From Macrostomum lignano (Eukaryota), in assembly GCA_002269645.1 (NCBI GenBank), contig NIVC01000975.1, forward strand, positions 1 to 64,000: DNA of 64,000 bases, read 5' to 3'. Shown in pieces: positions 21,614 to 34,364 of this stretch (position 1 is its first letter; every line of letters starts with the position of its first letter). A program made the translations under genes and the position numbers. The notes beneath the pieces are model-generated. The model saw only the letters and a program-made list of their open reading frames with translations. It did not search any database and was not told the origin of the DNA.

Positions 21614-24238
21614 TCAGGGACGGAAAAACCGTCTCAGATCGGCCAACTGCTTTGAAAACCCGACGCCGCCGCCGCAGCCGCCGCCTCTGCCGTCGATGCC
21701 GCATTCCAGAGCTGCGCCTGACAGTGACGCCGCCAAGCAGACGAGAAACGCTTGAACATCGCCAAAGTTCTCGCTCTTGTCGCCGCCGTCGAACCAGTCG
21801 CTGTTGCTGTTGTTCTCGCCGACGTTGTCACTAGCTGCTTCGTCTTCGACTTGTCCAGCAGCGCTCGCAGCCACCGAGGCTGACAGCACGGAGAAAAAGC
21901 CGGGACACAGAGCCCGCCTGACCAACTGCTGACGTTGGTTCGCCGCCGGCACCGCCGTGTTAGAGTCCGCAGCCGAGCAGATCAGCAGACAGGCGGTCAC
22001 CAGCGGGCAGACGGCAGATAGCGGGTTGGAGTCGGAGAACTCACTTATCGCCTGCAGACAGCGGTGCAGGCAGTAGCGCAGCGGCTGTCGCGACTCCGGC
22101 AGCTGGCGAACGCTCAGTCTCGACTGCCAGGCCTCCAACCATTCGATCCCACCAACGTCCGGGTCCGCTGTCGAGTTGCTGTCCAGTTCAAAGTCATCGC
22201 GCTGCCGACACCAGCGGGCAAACTGACGGCCGTTGTTCGTTCGCAGGTCATACTTGGCACCGAGCCGCCAGGCCTCTGCATCTTCAAGCTCGTCGACAGC
22301 AGCGGCGCCGCCTCCGCCGTCGAGCCGACGCTCCGCTCTGGCGAGGCTCTCCTCGAGCGAGCGCGGGCGTCCGCTCGTGTACTCAATTCGAAACACCTCG
22401 TCCCTGGTCAGGTCGAACACTCGGCAGATCCGGCGGACCCAACCCACGGCGGCCGAGAAGTAGATTAGGCCGACCTCCGCCTTCCGCCTGTCCCCACCAG
22501 TCGACTGGCAGCTGGCTACGACGGCGTGTCGAAAGGTCAGCCTGTGACAGTCATCATCGTCATCGTAGTCGTTCTCGTCAAAGTCGTCCACGCCGATGTC
22601 ACTGACGTGTCGCCGGTAGCTGACCGAGCAACCGGGCTGCAGCTCATCGGCAGTGACGACGCGTCTCACCGTGTAGCCGTCGGCGTGCTTGGCGCAGGCA
22701 GCAGCCAGCGGGCAGTCGAAGTCGGCATGCTGCAGCGATACTCCGATCCGCTGGTGAAAACTGGTCCGTCGAGTGTCGACAAAGCAGCGGAACTCGCACA
22801 CAGGGTCGCGGTCGACGTTCTGCGGTGCGTGCCCGTAGATCAGCAGTGCTGCTGTAATCATAGCACCGCTGCAACCGTCCGAAGGCTCAACACGCTGCAG
22901 CTCCGTCAGCAGGCCAGGCGGCTGGCCGTCAATCGACACAACATCGCCGACGCGCAGGTCGCTCAGCGGCACGGAATCGACGCCGTAGCTGCTGTTGGTC
23001 CCAACGCTCCCCGCGCCGCCGACGCTGTCAGCCAGCACCAAAGCCTCCAGCGGGTCACGAGCTGCGGCTAGCGTGGCTGCAAAGCTCAATGGCGACACTG
23101 TGCCGGCCTGAAATACGGCGCCAAGAAATGCGGCGGCGCGACGTTCCACACGTTCAAGAGGCAGCGCCGGCGTCGGACTGGACGTCAGACGGTGGCGAAG
23201 TGCCGGATAGGCTGCCGGATAGGCGGTCACGGTGCGGCGATGGGCGAACTCCAGCTTGGCAGCGTTCACCTCGACGGATAGCACCATCAGCCGGAGCGCT
23301 AAGAGGTTGTGCCGACGACCTACTGCGCGGACTTCGGCGTGCACCGAGCGTGCAGACGATTCGCTGCCATCAGCCGCCGTGGCGCTAGTCGGCCAGTTGA
23401 TGTGGTCACCGGCGCGCAGCTCGGAGTGTTCTTCGAAGACGGTCAGCGAGGCGAATCGCTGCACAGCGGAACCGGCCGAGTGCAACTTGCACCAGCGAGC
23501 GAACTGACCGGCATTGTTGCCAAGCATCGAGTGTCCGGCGTGTCCGAGGCAGCTGCGCGCCCGGTCAACGGTCTCCCCGGCCGGTCGGCAGGCGGAAGCC
23601 GGGTAGCGTCGAATAGCGACTCCTCCGCCGTCCAACCGGAAGTCGTCGCGCAACACGCGGATGCCACCGAAAAGGCTCGGGCGGCCGAAGTGAATGGCGC
23701 GTAGAAGACGCGGCTGCCCAGTGGCTGGGTTGCGCTCCACCGACTCGGCCACGACCAGGTGCAGCAGGCGGTAGTAGCGCAGCTCGACAATGTCACCTGG
23801 TTCCGGTGGCGTATCTGGCGTTACGGCGATCTTCACGGAGGCCGGCGCCATGTCGTTGCCATTGGCAACGCAACAGTCGGTTCCAAATTGTCGGCGCCAG
23901 ATTCTACTGGCCAGACGCGGCTCCTCCAGCAGCGGTGCCAGATCGCGCGCCAGACAGCAGCGCAATTCGCGGAGGGCTACGCGAACTGCTCGTTCTGGCA
24001 AGTCGATGAATTGCTGTTGAACGCTGTCCTGTTGGCTTTTCGACTGACTTGATCGAAGCGCCGGAAATGTCGTTTGCTGAACCGGTGTCGTTGGCAGCAA
24101 CAGCGGGGACGTTGGCAGCCAGAGATTGCGCAGCGCCTGACGGCATTCGAACAGCTCTACTGGGAGGTCGAGGCTGGTGCTGGAGGCTGTGTCGAAGGAG
24201 TGTGAGGCGCTAGGGTAGGTGGCCCTTCTCGACTGCAT
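21614..24238 (-). CDS. 874-aa single-exon protein with tandem LRAT-like (permuted NlpC/P60) domains lacking the catalytic Cys
   Basis: Long GC-rich ORF with GCCATG context; pyrimidine-rich acceptor AG at 24253-24254, 14 nt upstream. Repeated PGD/AGD/VGD/PGC domain starts. Motifs LLHLVV...AIHF...ETVDRARSCLG...SMLGNNAGQFARWCK and FRHAVV...SLARAERRL...YDLRTNNGRQFARWCR resemble the LRAT signature YxLxxNNCEHFxxWC. Confidence 0.75.
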   Translation of the reverse strand: MQSRRATYPSASHSFDTASSTSLDLPVELFECRQALRNLWLPTSPLLLPTTPVQQTTFPALRSSQSKSQQDSVQQQFIDLPERAVRVALRELRCCLARDLAPLLEEPRLASRIWRRQFGTDCCVANGNDMAPASVKIAVTPDTPPEPGDIVELRYYRLLHLVVAESVERNPATGQPRLLRAIHFGRPSLFGGIRVLRDDFRLDGGGVAIRRYPASACRPAGETVDRARSCLGHAGHSMLGNNAGQFARWCKLHSAGSAVQRFASLTVFEEHSELRAGDHINWPTSATAADGSESSARSVHAEVRAVGRRHNLLALRLMVLSVEVNAAKLEFAHRRTVTAYPAAYPALRHRLTSSPTPALPLERVERRAAAFLGAVFQAGTVSPLSFAATLAAARDPLEALVLADSVGGAGSVGTNSSYGVDSVPLSDLRVGDVVSIDGQPPGLLTELQRVEPSDGCSGAMITAALLIYGHAPQNVDRDPVCEFRCFVDTRRTSFHQRIGVSLQHADFDCPLAAACAKHADGYTVRRVVTADELQPGCSVSYRRHVSDIGVDDFDENDYDDDDDCHRLTFRHAVVASCQSTGGDRRKAEVGLIYFSAAVGWVRRICRVFDLTRDEVFRIEYTSGRPRSLEESLARAERRLDGGGGAAAVDELEDAEAWRLGAKYDLRTNNGRQFARWCRQRDDFELDSNSTADPDVGGIEWLEAWQSRLSVRQLPESRQPLRYCLHRCLQAISEFSDSNPLSAVCPLVTACLLICSAADSNTAVPAANQRQQLVRRALCPGFFSVLSASVAASAAGQVEDEAASDNVGENNSNSDWFDGGDKSENFGDVQAFLVCLAASLSGAALECGIDGRGGGCGGGVGFSKQLADLRRFFRP

Positions 24239-26522
24239 GGCGGACGGATGAGCTGACTAAAAGAGGAAAGTACGAGCGGGGAAAAAGTGCTTTGACTGTA
24301 CGAGTTCGACCATATTTCAAGTATAAATTGTGCTGCAAGGGAATTGTTTAAAGAAATGGCCATGAATGCGACGGTTGCTTTTAAGCTACTTTTAGTAATA
24401 TAGCAATGTAGGTAAAGCAGTTTTTGTAATCTTTTTGCCGTTTTGTGCACACTTTTTAGGCCTACGTTTGAATTTGTTGGGGATTTCAAATACCTTTTAA
24501 ATATCTTTCATATTATTGCTTAAATAATATTATATAAAGTTGCATACCTTTATCTCCGTCGAATTAACAGTTTAAGAGAAATCATTAGAAGTATTGAAAC
24601 TGGTTCCAGTTACTGAATTTCAAATAGTATAATAACTTTAAAATGTGATGGCACTCACTCACCCGAACATCGGCTTGTATACTAATTCAGCACTTTATAA
24701 AGAGGACACGGCAATCAATAATGTACATTAAGATCAATGCACAAACTTTTATGTACAACGCATGCGCACTTATCTTATCTTTTCCTGCCCCTCCGGCCCC
24801 TTTGTCGCCCTAGCCGAAACCTCATTTAGTTGATTTCACAAGCCCTCTCAACCACCCACCCCACTCCCAAGTCGCTCATTCCCCCGCGATACTGTCTGAT
24901 TGGCTGGCTGAAGACGTAGTAAAAATTTAGAGCCAAGAAGAGCGACAGGCAGGTCAAGACTACTGAGGAAAAAAATCAATTGAACACCTTCACCATACGA
25001 GCGCAGTGGCCCTTCGGTAAAGATATTCCAGAGGTCAGAATTTAGTGTAAACAGAAATTTTCAATCTTGTTTGCCACTGCCAGAAAAACAGAAGATCGAT
25101 AAAGGACGTTGCTTCGTTTTTGTTTGATGGCTTTAGATCGATATAAGCTGGACCGATGCTCTTAGTGTCTGGTGTCATTCAAGACCCCTAGATCTTGTTA
25201 ATTTACAAACACAAGATGTCAATCAAATAAGAAATGCAAATTCATTCAGTGAGAAAACTTTTTAGACGATTTTCAAGAAAGTTTTACAAGGAAAGTCAGT
25301 CTAATTATAATGAAGTGGCAGCACACTCTCCATACATCATTCCCTTGTATGCAAAAAGTGCAAGTTTTTCTGATGAGGCGGCGTATTGAGAGGAAGCAGC
25401 AAACTTCCCTAAGCTCATCACTTCACTCCCCCTCTCCCTTCCCCCTCTCTCTCCCTCTTTTTTTGCGTAGAATTTCTGTCGCACAAAAGGCAAACTATAA
25501 CAACAGCAGCAGCAGCAGCAGCAGCAGCAGTTCATAAGCTAAAGGCTTCAAAAAAAAGACGTTGGGTCTTCATCAGCTTTACTCTCTCTTTTCTCAGCCT
25601 TCCCAGCTTTGCCTTTTGCTTCTCTTCTTTGCACTCTTTATACGTAGTTATATAGTTCTAGGGGGCGCCAAGCCTATATAATACATAGGTCGCATATTGG
25701 CCCAGCCTCTATTATTGCTCAGGGAACTTACGCTCGTATCTAGACAAGGCCAATCCTTCTCTAACCGTCATTCAAATTTGAGACTGACTGAGTATAGTGT
25801 GAGATACCGCCATGCAGTGAGAGAGATTGTGGGACAGAGAGATAATCGATAGACTCTCCCAGCAGCGCCCATGCAGCGAGACAGCGGTTCAATTAAAATC
25901 TGTCAGTTTACAACCCTCTCCCGTGAGAGTCAATTTTTCCCAAGTCCAAGAAGCTAGCAGCGATTTCGAGCAGGCTGTGCGCAGTGCAATGCAATATATC
26001 GAATTCCTTCACCAGATTTCTAAGGCGGGAGAAAAAAAAATCAATTTCATTTTCTCTGACAGTTTTTGTTGTGAATTTCTGCGCCCGGCTAATCTCAGCC
26101 TTGGCTCTGACCTGATCCTCTAGCAGTAAAAGTTCAAAGGCGAGCGTAAAATTCCACGCAACTTCGCCTTCTCCTCTAACCAACCCTCCCTGCAGCTCCT
26201 TCCCCGCCTAGCAACCAGTAAAATCTATCAAATGTCAATTTTCATAAGTCGCAACCGCAGTTCCTCTCCTACCAATCAATAAACTCCTCCTTTCCCTTTG
26301 CTGCCAGCCGACTCGGAGGTCGAAAGCGAAATTCTAACCGAGTTCAGTCTCTCATTATTAATTCAGCTAGGCCGGGAATTAAGCTTTGCCCCAAATCCCA
26401 ATTAGAATCCGTGCTAGCATTCTAATGCCTATGCAGAATTACCTCCACTGACTTCAATTTCGGACTTGGAATGAAAGTACAAGTTTTTAACTGTTAATTA
26501 TGTCTTCAAGATACTTAAATCG

Positions 26523-26663
26523 CTCACCCCTACCTCTCATATCTAGCACTCTATCTCTCACCCCTACCTCTCATATCTAGCACTCTATCTCTCACCCCTA
26601 CCTCTCATATCTAGCACTCTATCTCTCACCCCTACCTCTCATATCTAGCACTCTATCTCTCAC
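26523..26663. repeat. 34-bp tandem repeat, ~4 copies
   Basis: Unit CTCACCCCTACCTCTCATATCTAGCACTCTATCT. Confidence 0.9.
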
Positions 26664-27429
26664 CTATATCCACTCTATCTGACTCTATCTCTCATACACA
26701 CGAGCGTATCTTCTTTTCTATCAAGCTAATTTGAGATGGCTACGTTATCCAACAGCCTCAACACTCCTGTGGCAGACAAAATATTTGAGCGAATTATTAT
26801 TTTTTTCATCTTCTTTTCTAGCCTTGCCCAGAGAAAACTGACGACCTAGAAAAAATGATGACTAAAATTGCTAGAACCAGATCAATCCAGATTGATCGAC
26901 AGAAATCCTATCCTTTAGTGGCGACGCGACAAATTCCCAAGTAAAATGAATCCCCCAAGGCAGAGCAGCTCCTCGCGCATTCGTTATTAGTCGTTAGGAT
27001 CATCTCCACATCAAACATTGCTTCATCAAATTCGAAAATGTTCTCGGATTTTCTGAGCTTAAAAATTCGGAAACTGGAATGAACCGAGGCATCAAGTCTA
27101 AGATCTTTGGTTCTCACGAGAAGTTTGAGCAGTTCGGGGCCTCGAGTCAACAGATCGATGCCCACTTAAAGCAAACTGCTAGATCGAGGATAGAAACAAG
27201 TCTGAAAATTGTTGGAAACCGAAGAAAGTGAGTCATTTGCTTTAGAGTTGGCTTCCAAATTGCTCTTTTTAGTTGTAAGTTTGTTTTGTTTAGCCAAGTT
27301 TACGAGGTAGTTTAGCGTATTCTGCATGCACAGCTTTAATTTTTCGAGGTTTGTCTGAGAAGTTCTGTGTACTTGTATTTTGTTATAAGTTTTGTGGCTC
27401 AGGAAGTTGCACACTCTTTCGAGTGAAGT

Positions 27430-28320
27430 GTCTCCAAATATGCACCCTCAGCTTCCAGACTTCAGGCCTCCTGGCTCATTGTTCATCGCAGTGACGATGC
27501 TTTTCTTCTGTAGGCCCTCATCGATTCCTTGATGCGAGTAAAAAGGAGGAAGTCGAAAGGACTGACATCCGGGTAGTACGGCGGATGCGGAAGAATTTCT
27601 AGCCATCCTTGATGACTCAATGATGCAGGCCTCTTGTCACGAATGGCCCTTCAAACCTTCACAATGACTAACAAGTAGAAGTCGCCATTCACCGCCTGCC
27701 CTGCTGGCACTGGCTGGTTCAAGCGGCAAACTCTTGACGGTCAACGAAGGTGATGCGCTTGATCTTCAGCTGGCCCATGGACCGAGCGACCTCCCATCGA
27801 TTCCGATGCTTCTTGCGCTTGATCTTCAGCTGGGCCATGGACCGAGCGACCTCCCATCGATTCCGATGCTTCTTGCGCTTGATCTTCAGTTGGGCCATGG
27901 ACCGAGCGACCTCCCATCGATTCCGATGCTTCTTGCGCTTGATCTTCAGCTGGGCCATGGACCGAGCGACCTCCCATCGATTCCGATGCTTCTTGCGCTT
28001 GATCTTCAGCTGGGCCATGGACCGAGCGACCTCCCATCGATTCCGATGCTTCTTGCGCTTGATCTTCAGCTGGGCCATGGACCGAGCGACCTCCCATCGA
28101 TTCCGATGCTTCTTGCGCTTGATCTTCAGCTGGGCCATGGACCGAGCGACCTCCCATCGATTCCGATGCTTCTTGCGCTTGATCTTCAGCTGGGCCATGG
28201 ACCGAGCGACCTCCCATCGATTCCGATGCTTCTTGCGCTTCTAGCTTAACACATACGCTCGTAGTCTGTTATCCGTTACAGCCCGTTTCTGTTATCCGTT
28301 ACAGCCGACCGAATGAAGTT
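27430..28320 (-). mobile_element. Decayed mariner (Tc1/mariner DD34D-type) transposase remnant
   Basis: Minus-strand fragments QLKIKRITFVD, PVPAGQAVNGDFY, HQGWLEILPHPPYYPDVSPFDFLLFTRIKESMR (cf. WEVLPHPPYSPDLAPSDFxLF) and GAYLE, broken by stops and frameshifts. TIRs not confidently located. Confidence 0.8.
27754..28240. repeat. Near-perfect 60-bp tandem repeat, 8 copies, inside the mariner remnant
   Basis: Unit TGCGCTTGATCTTCAGCTGGGCCATGGACCGAGCGACCTCCCATCGATTCCGATGCTTCT; about 2 substitutions across the array. Confidence 0.97.
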
Positions 28321-29204
28321 ACTCGTACAAGTAGTTGAGGTAAAAAAAGCAAATTCTCGGTCTAATTTGGAGCGCAGCTCCAGACCCAGAAATAAAACCA
28401 GACTCTAATTTTGAGTCTGGGTCGTCAGCACAGTTTTCAGCCATTCCTTTCCTCTCAAAGGTGTCGCTATATGGGCATAAAACTGGGAACTGTCTTCCAG
28501 CAAGTCATATTCATATTCCCAATATTCACATTCTGCCTGCTTGACTTCCTCACCCGGCCTTTCATCCCCCCGCTCCTAGAAGAAGGAAAAGTCCCCCCCC
28601 CACTCTCTCTATCTCGCTTCGTTTTTTAGACCAAAGCACGCAGAGAGACGGAGACACGGGAGTGACAGGGAGGGGCATCTCTCTTCATCATAAAACTCTC
28701 GGCTTACTTTTGCAGAAAATCAGCGAGCCATCATTATTATAGGCCATGGGAGAATTCACTAGGAAATCAGAGAGTTCGTCTTTTCCTCACGCACTCGTAG
28801 GACCGTCTGCGTCCTGACGAGAGGAATCCATGCCGAGTGTTACAGCCGGTGCTGGATGCTGGCCTTCTGCACATGATTCCTTCGATCCCATCAGCTAAGC
28901 TGCTCTGGAATTAACATTGCCGAACCTTTCCTGTCTTCTTTGCTACTCGCATTGCATTCATCGGCTGATTCTGTTTCGGCTGCTTGGTCTAAATATAGAC
29001 TGACGGCAAATCATACTGCATTATACTTTGATGCTTTGATCTTTCTGACTGCGTGGCGAGAGCAATGCTGGCTGTGTTAGTGCTTGCTGGGTGGGGCTTT
29101 TGTGTCTTCGTGAATTACCTTAATATAAATATTCGAAGGACGGATGTGGGTCGCCCTGGTGCAACATCTTCGGCAACATTATTCTGCCCATTCCGCTGAC
29201 TCCT

Positions 29205-29449
29205 CCTGAGCACATGCAGGAGCGCCAATACTGTACGCTCACATAGGGTGCACAGCGGCCCTGACTTTCTAATCATCACGCATGTACACTCTCTCTGTGC
29301 CTTGGGGGTTGGCTCTCATGGCTGCGAATCGCAAAACAACCCCAAGGCCAATTTTTGTGCACACAAGCTGCAAATGAGTCTGGCCGCGCAGGGAATCGAA
29401 CCAGGGGCCCCGGTGCGAGAGTCCGACAGGTTTGAGCTGCTCTGCCCCC
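29205..29449 (-). mobile_element. tRNA-derived SINE (same tail family, no CORE domain)
   Basis: B box GGTTCGATTCC. Body GAGAGCCAACCCCCAAGGC...GTGTACATGC...AAAGTCAGGGCCGCTGTGCACCCT is shared with 30996-31255 and 3140-3250. Confidence 0.72.
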
Positions 29450-29466
29450 TGAATTAATGCTTTAGC

Positions 29467-29992
<526 letters not shown>

Positions 29993-30995
29993 GTCACTTC
30001 ATATTACAGCAGTTTTAAGACTTTTGGTTTTAGACACGAATGTCGATTTTCGTGTGAAATGAGCAGCTACCTGCACTTTTAAATTCCACCCTTGATAAAG
30101 TAATCTGAGAAAAGAATGGAAGGGGTCTGTTTTTAGCTAGCGAAATCAACTTAGTCTCAATTTACCTAATTACGGTTTCGATGCATTGTTTTGAGCTGTT
30201 CAGTCAGTCGATTCAGAATTGATTACAGATAAACAGGGGTCTCAACTCGACAGTTTTGAGTAGCCAGCTAGCCAGCTATTGTTCATGAATATTTATATCA
30301 TTTCTAACAACTTTCATAATGCCATAGCTAGTGCTGACGGTTTTTAGCTTGGGAGACTTGAGCTTCAGACAATGTTCTACTCAGCACACGCAAGCCTAAG
30401 GCTCTGTCTCTATTCCCTATTGGCATTTCAGGCTGATCCGCATTCTGCTGAGGCAGAAGCAGAGAGAGAGAGGGAGAGAAGAGAAAGCAGAAAGACTCCC
30501 AAGTGCTGTTTCCTCGCTAGCACCTCTAATTTATTTCTGGCCCAATAATGTCAAGAGTAATTTGCTGGATTTTTAGCTACATGTTTCTCCCAGCCTGTTC
30601 CGCCGTCTCTTTGCTCGAGGATTTGCGAGAAAAAAACCAACTTTGCGACGCAGTTTGTAATTTCCGTTGGCTTGGCTTGACTTGGCCCGGAATGCTGAGC
30701 CTAAGCTTCTTCATTTTGAGTTCTAATTGTTTTCAGCTAGCTAGAAAAAAAACCTTGCGAGCTAAAAAAGTTGTAATTAATTAATTAATTTACTTCTTAC
30801 ATTTTTGCAGTATTTCTTATGAAAATTTATGTACATCAATGGACATTAGTCAGTATAGCATGGAGTTATTAAATAAAAGGCTATTTATTTACGAAAATGT
30901 TAATTAAAACTTCCTGGAAAGTAAAAAAAATAAAACTCTGTGTTTTATCACTGTAGGCTCTGAAAAGACAAATAAACACACCATAGGGTTAAATA

Positions 30996-31255
30996 GGGGG
31001 CCGTAGCCCAGCGGTAGCGCAGCTGCTCTGGTGTGCCAGCGACCCAGGCTCGATTCCAAGTGCAGTCACATTAATTTGGGGCTGAATTGGAATCTCGGCT
31101 TGGCTCTGCTCGTGCAATTAACGGCCTTGAGAGCCAACCCCCCAAGGCGCAGTGAAGTGTACATGCCTAACGATAATATAAAGTTAGGGCCGCTGTACAC
31201 TCCTGTGTGAGTGTGTGCCTGCGTACGTATCCGCGCGCTTGTGTGCCTGCTCAGG
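30996..31255 (+). mobile_element. tRNA-derived SINE
   Basis: Head GGGGCCGTAGCCCAGCGG (A box) and GGCTCGATTCC (B box variant), followed by the family body GAGAGCCAACCCCCCAAGGCGCAGTGAAGTGTACATGC...AAAGTTAGGGCCGCTGTACAC. Confidence 0.72.
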
Positions 31256-32259
31256 GGAGTCGGCGGAATGGGCAGCAATGCCTCTCGCCGGTTGTGTGCC
31301 AATGTCGCTTAAAGTGCGCCAGGGTGCACACAACCCCCCCTGCCTCTCATGAAAAAATAGGGTTAAATATGAAGCTATTTGTTTACATCCTGTATTAAAC
31401 GCGTTTATTGCATAATATGCCGATTTTATTTATTTAAGTTGTTTACATTTGCTTCGGACGAACCTAAATTTTTTATTCGTTTTGAAGAAACATTTACCAT
31501 TGCAATAGGCGTTAATGAAAAAATCTTAGATATATAATTCTTCTCTCAGCTCAGTGGCCCTTTGCCGATTTTTTTGCTTTCTCTTCCTATCTTTTGTTGC
31601 TGTTTGTCCTGGTGCCTGACTCGGACGACACCAAAGGCTGCTATTTTCTTGATATTATTAAAATAAGAAATACAATAAAAATATTGCATTTAATAATATA
31701 CCGAATATATTTGCATCCGTATTAGCATACTGTGTCAATTAATTAATATTCAATAGTTCGATTGAATTAAGCACAAAATAAGTTATATTCAAGTGAACTT
31801 GACTTTACTGAAGCATGCAAAATTTTTAACAAAAGCAAATTTCAATTGATCACAGCTAACATAAAATAATTCACAGAGTATGGGACTTATTACATAACCA
31901 TTTTCACGTACTGATATTAATGTTGCAAAAGTACATTTTAAACATAACAATAGCTATTCAATAAAGTCCGAAATTGTAAATTTAAAACGCCCCCCCCCAT
32001 AGCAGAAAAATCAATTAGAAAAATGAGAGAAATTTTAATTCTGTAAATACAGGTAAATAGAAATAGAAGTCAGCTCAAGGACATAACAATTAACAAGTAA
32101 TAAGGAATTAGACAGAGATTAGGAAAGTTTGTTATAGAGCTAGATAGACTGTTTCGTTATCAAATTATTAGAGGTAAAAAGCAAGGAAACGAGATGGTGG
32201 AAAGGAGATAGATTAAATAGATTAAAAGAGGGGAATAAATAAAAGAGAAGAAGGAATGA

Positions 32260-32810
32260 GGATGAAGCGGGTAGGGAGATGAAGGGAGGGAGATGAAGGG
32301 AGGGAGATGAAGGGAGGGAGATGAAGGAAGGGAGATGAAGGAAGGGAGATGAAGGGAGGGAGGTGAAGGGAGTGAGATGAAGGGAGGAAGATGAAGGGAG
32401 GGAGATGATGGGAGCTGGGAGCTGAGGGAGAAAGATGAAGGGAGGGAGATGAAAGGAGGGAGATGAAAGGAGGGAGATGAAAAAGGATGAAGGGAGGGAG
32501 ATTATTGGAAGAAGACGGAGGGACGGAGATGAAGAGAGGGAGATGAATGGGAAGGAGATGAAGGGAGGGAGATGAAGGAATGAGATGAAGGGAGGAAGAT
32601 GAAGGGAGGGAGATGATGGGAGCTGGGAGCTGAGGAAGAAAGATGAAGGGAGGGAGATGAAAGGAGGGAGATGAAAGGAGGGAGATAAAAAAGGATAAAG
32701 GGAGGGAGATTATTGGAAGAAGACGGAGGGACGGAGATGAAGAGAGGGAGATGAATGGGAAGGAGATGAAGGGAGGGAGATAAAGAAAGAGAGATGAATG
32801 GATGGAGATG
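32260..32810. repeat. GA-rich 14-bp minisatellite with a higher-order ~190-bp duplication
   Basis: Unit GATGAAGGGAGGGA; the block GGGAGATGATGGGAGCTGGGAGCTGAGG...GATTATTGGAAGAAGACGGAGGGACGG occurs twice. Confidence 0.88.
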
Positions 32811-33701
32811 CATTGAAAGTGAGCAGAGTGTAGCAGATACAGATTTAGTGTATTGGTTAAAAATAGAATAATTCCAGACTTTAAAGAAAACGCCACAAGA
32901 AGCAAATAGCTATTGAAAAAATTAGACTTGCAGAAATATCAATGTTAGCGGCAAACTTTGAGATTAAAATTGAACTGCTCATAATTTATGTACATTGTTA
33001 TGAATCGCAAGGTAGTTTTAATGCAGATGTGAACAGTTTATCAAAAAAACAAATATATTCGAACTGACTTGCTGAGCTGTAGTTAAATGAATACAAATTA
33101 AGAACAGTTAAAATTTTGACAAATTGTAATTACAATATAGGATTATCGGCGCTAGTTAACGGATTTGAAATATCAATAAAATTTGCAATAACAATAGAAT
33201 AATTTGGTAAATCACAAGACTGCAGACAAGTTGAATTTATTGTGTCTGTGTTAAACACAATCAGACAGTCGGTAAAGTACAAAGTGCTGTTCAATGCTTT
33301 TTTCTACTTGAGCCAGTCACTGCGGATTTCCAAACTGCTACAGACGAACCAACAGTAAAAGAGGGCATGAAGTCGCTGCTAATGGCTCCAAGTGAACCGT
33401 TGTCAAGCATCAGAAATGCATCAATGATCCCGAAACCCGATGGGGCTTTTAAACTTCTTTGTGGTCTTACGCATGTCGAACAGAAGGACTTCCGAAGGCG
33501 TTGGTTATGTATTTGCAGAGACAATCCTTAGCTTTGCAAAATGCATTCAGTCCAATACGAAAGATGCCTCTCTTTCAATAGTAGGTTCTTTAGTCAGACT
33601 TAAACTTCAAAAATTAATAGTAACTTTCGATTTTTGCGTAAACATTTAGAACATTCGAGTGCCATGCGATAATCCCGCATTTTGGTAGGAAAAATGTATG
33701 A

Positions 33702-33707
33702 TTTATT
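33702..33707 (-). terminator. Candidate polyadenylation signal of the Cys-loop receptor gene
   Basis: AATAAA on the minus strand ~170 nt after the constant-exon stop. Confidence 0.45.
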
Positions 33708-33877
33708 ACCACTCCACTTTACGATCTACTTAAGAAGTTCTTAAGAAAAGTCAGAGCGAATGGACCTGAGACCTGGCATCCGCTGAGACAACAGTGCTCA
33801 AAGATCACCCAAAACACGGTCCCTTTGTGTTCAGTGCCCATGCAACTTCGGGTCACCAGCTGATCCGTCAGCCTCTC

Positions 33878-34364
33878 TTACGCCTTGTCCGCCTCCCCCG
33901 TGTCGATCTTGACAACCAGCACAAGATAGTAGAGCCAATAGAAACAGTTGTACAGCAGGAAGCAGGCCGGGAACAGGAACCGGCTGTAGGCGTCGATGTC
34001 GGAGTCCGGGGAGGGCACCGGCGAGGCCGTCTGAGCGGCACCGCCTCCGCTGGCGCCTTTGCCGCCCTCCTCTACGCTGACCACCAGAAGGTCTTCGAGC
34101 TCCTCTGGGAAACCCGGATAGCCGTGCGCGTTGCCGGCGGAGGCTACGGCGGCTGAGCCGGGAGTCGGCAGGCCCGGTGGCGGACCCCGGATGACGGCGA
34201 GTCGCTGGAGTTCCGAGCGAACCACGCAGCGAATCTCCTGCTGCCAGTTCTCCATTTTGGTTCGACGGGCGCGGAATGAAGCGACGGCGAATTCGATCAG
34301 GGCGCCGATGACGAACATGATGCTGGCGATGATCCAGATGTCTATAGCCTTGATGTACGCCACT
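33878..34364 (-). CDS. Cys-loop (GluCl-like) receptor shared terminal exon: M2-M3 loop end, M3, intracellular loop, M4
   Basis: Acceptor ...GCTAAGAGCTCCCCAATACCTCCTCCACCAG|A GTG GCG TAC restores LPR-VAYIKAIDIW with a phase-2 donor. M3 is DIWIIASIMFVIGALIEFAV; M4 is DIDAYSRFLFPACFLLYNCFYWLYYL. Stop TAA at 33878. Confidence 0.95.

Noticed and set aside
21634-24146. Antisense and alternate-frame ORFs over the 874-aa gene
   Set aside because: GC-rich shadow ORFs without motifs.
25827-26123. WDREIIDRL resembling the paired-domain WEIRDRL motif
   Set aside because: Only a few residues match, with no other paired-box sequence or supporting exons.
26822-27230. Exon-like plus-strand segment (acceptor at ~26821, GTGAGT donor at ~27228) and minus ORF 26908-27165
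   Set aside because: Stops interrupt the frames and no homology is recognisable.
27301-27310. TACGAGG as a mariner terminal inverted repeat
   Set aside because: No matching inverted partner found on the other side of the remnant.
27754-28240. CRISPR-like appearance of the 60-bp, 56-bp (59044-60015) and 39-40-bp (63139-63737) arrays
   Set aside because: Units are head-to-tail with no unique spacers, there are no cas genes, and the context is eukaryotic.
30996-31070. tRNA gene (also the heads near 3435-3497 and 29385-29449)
   Set aside because: A and B boxes are present, but no convincing cloverleaf or acceptor stem; each runs into a shared SINE body.
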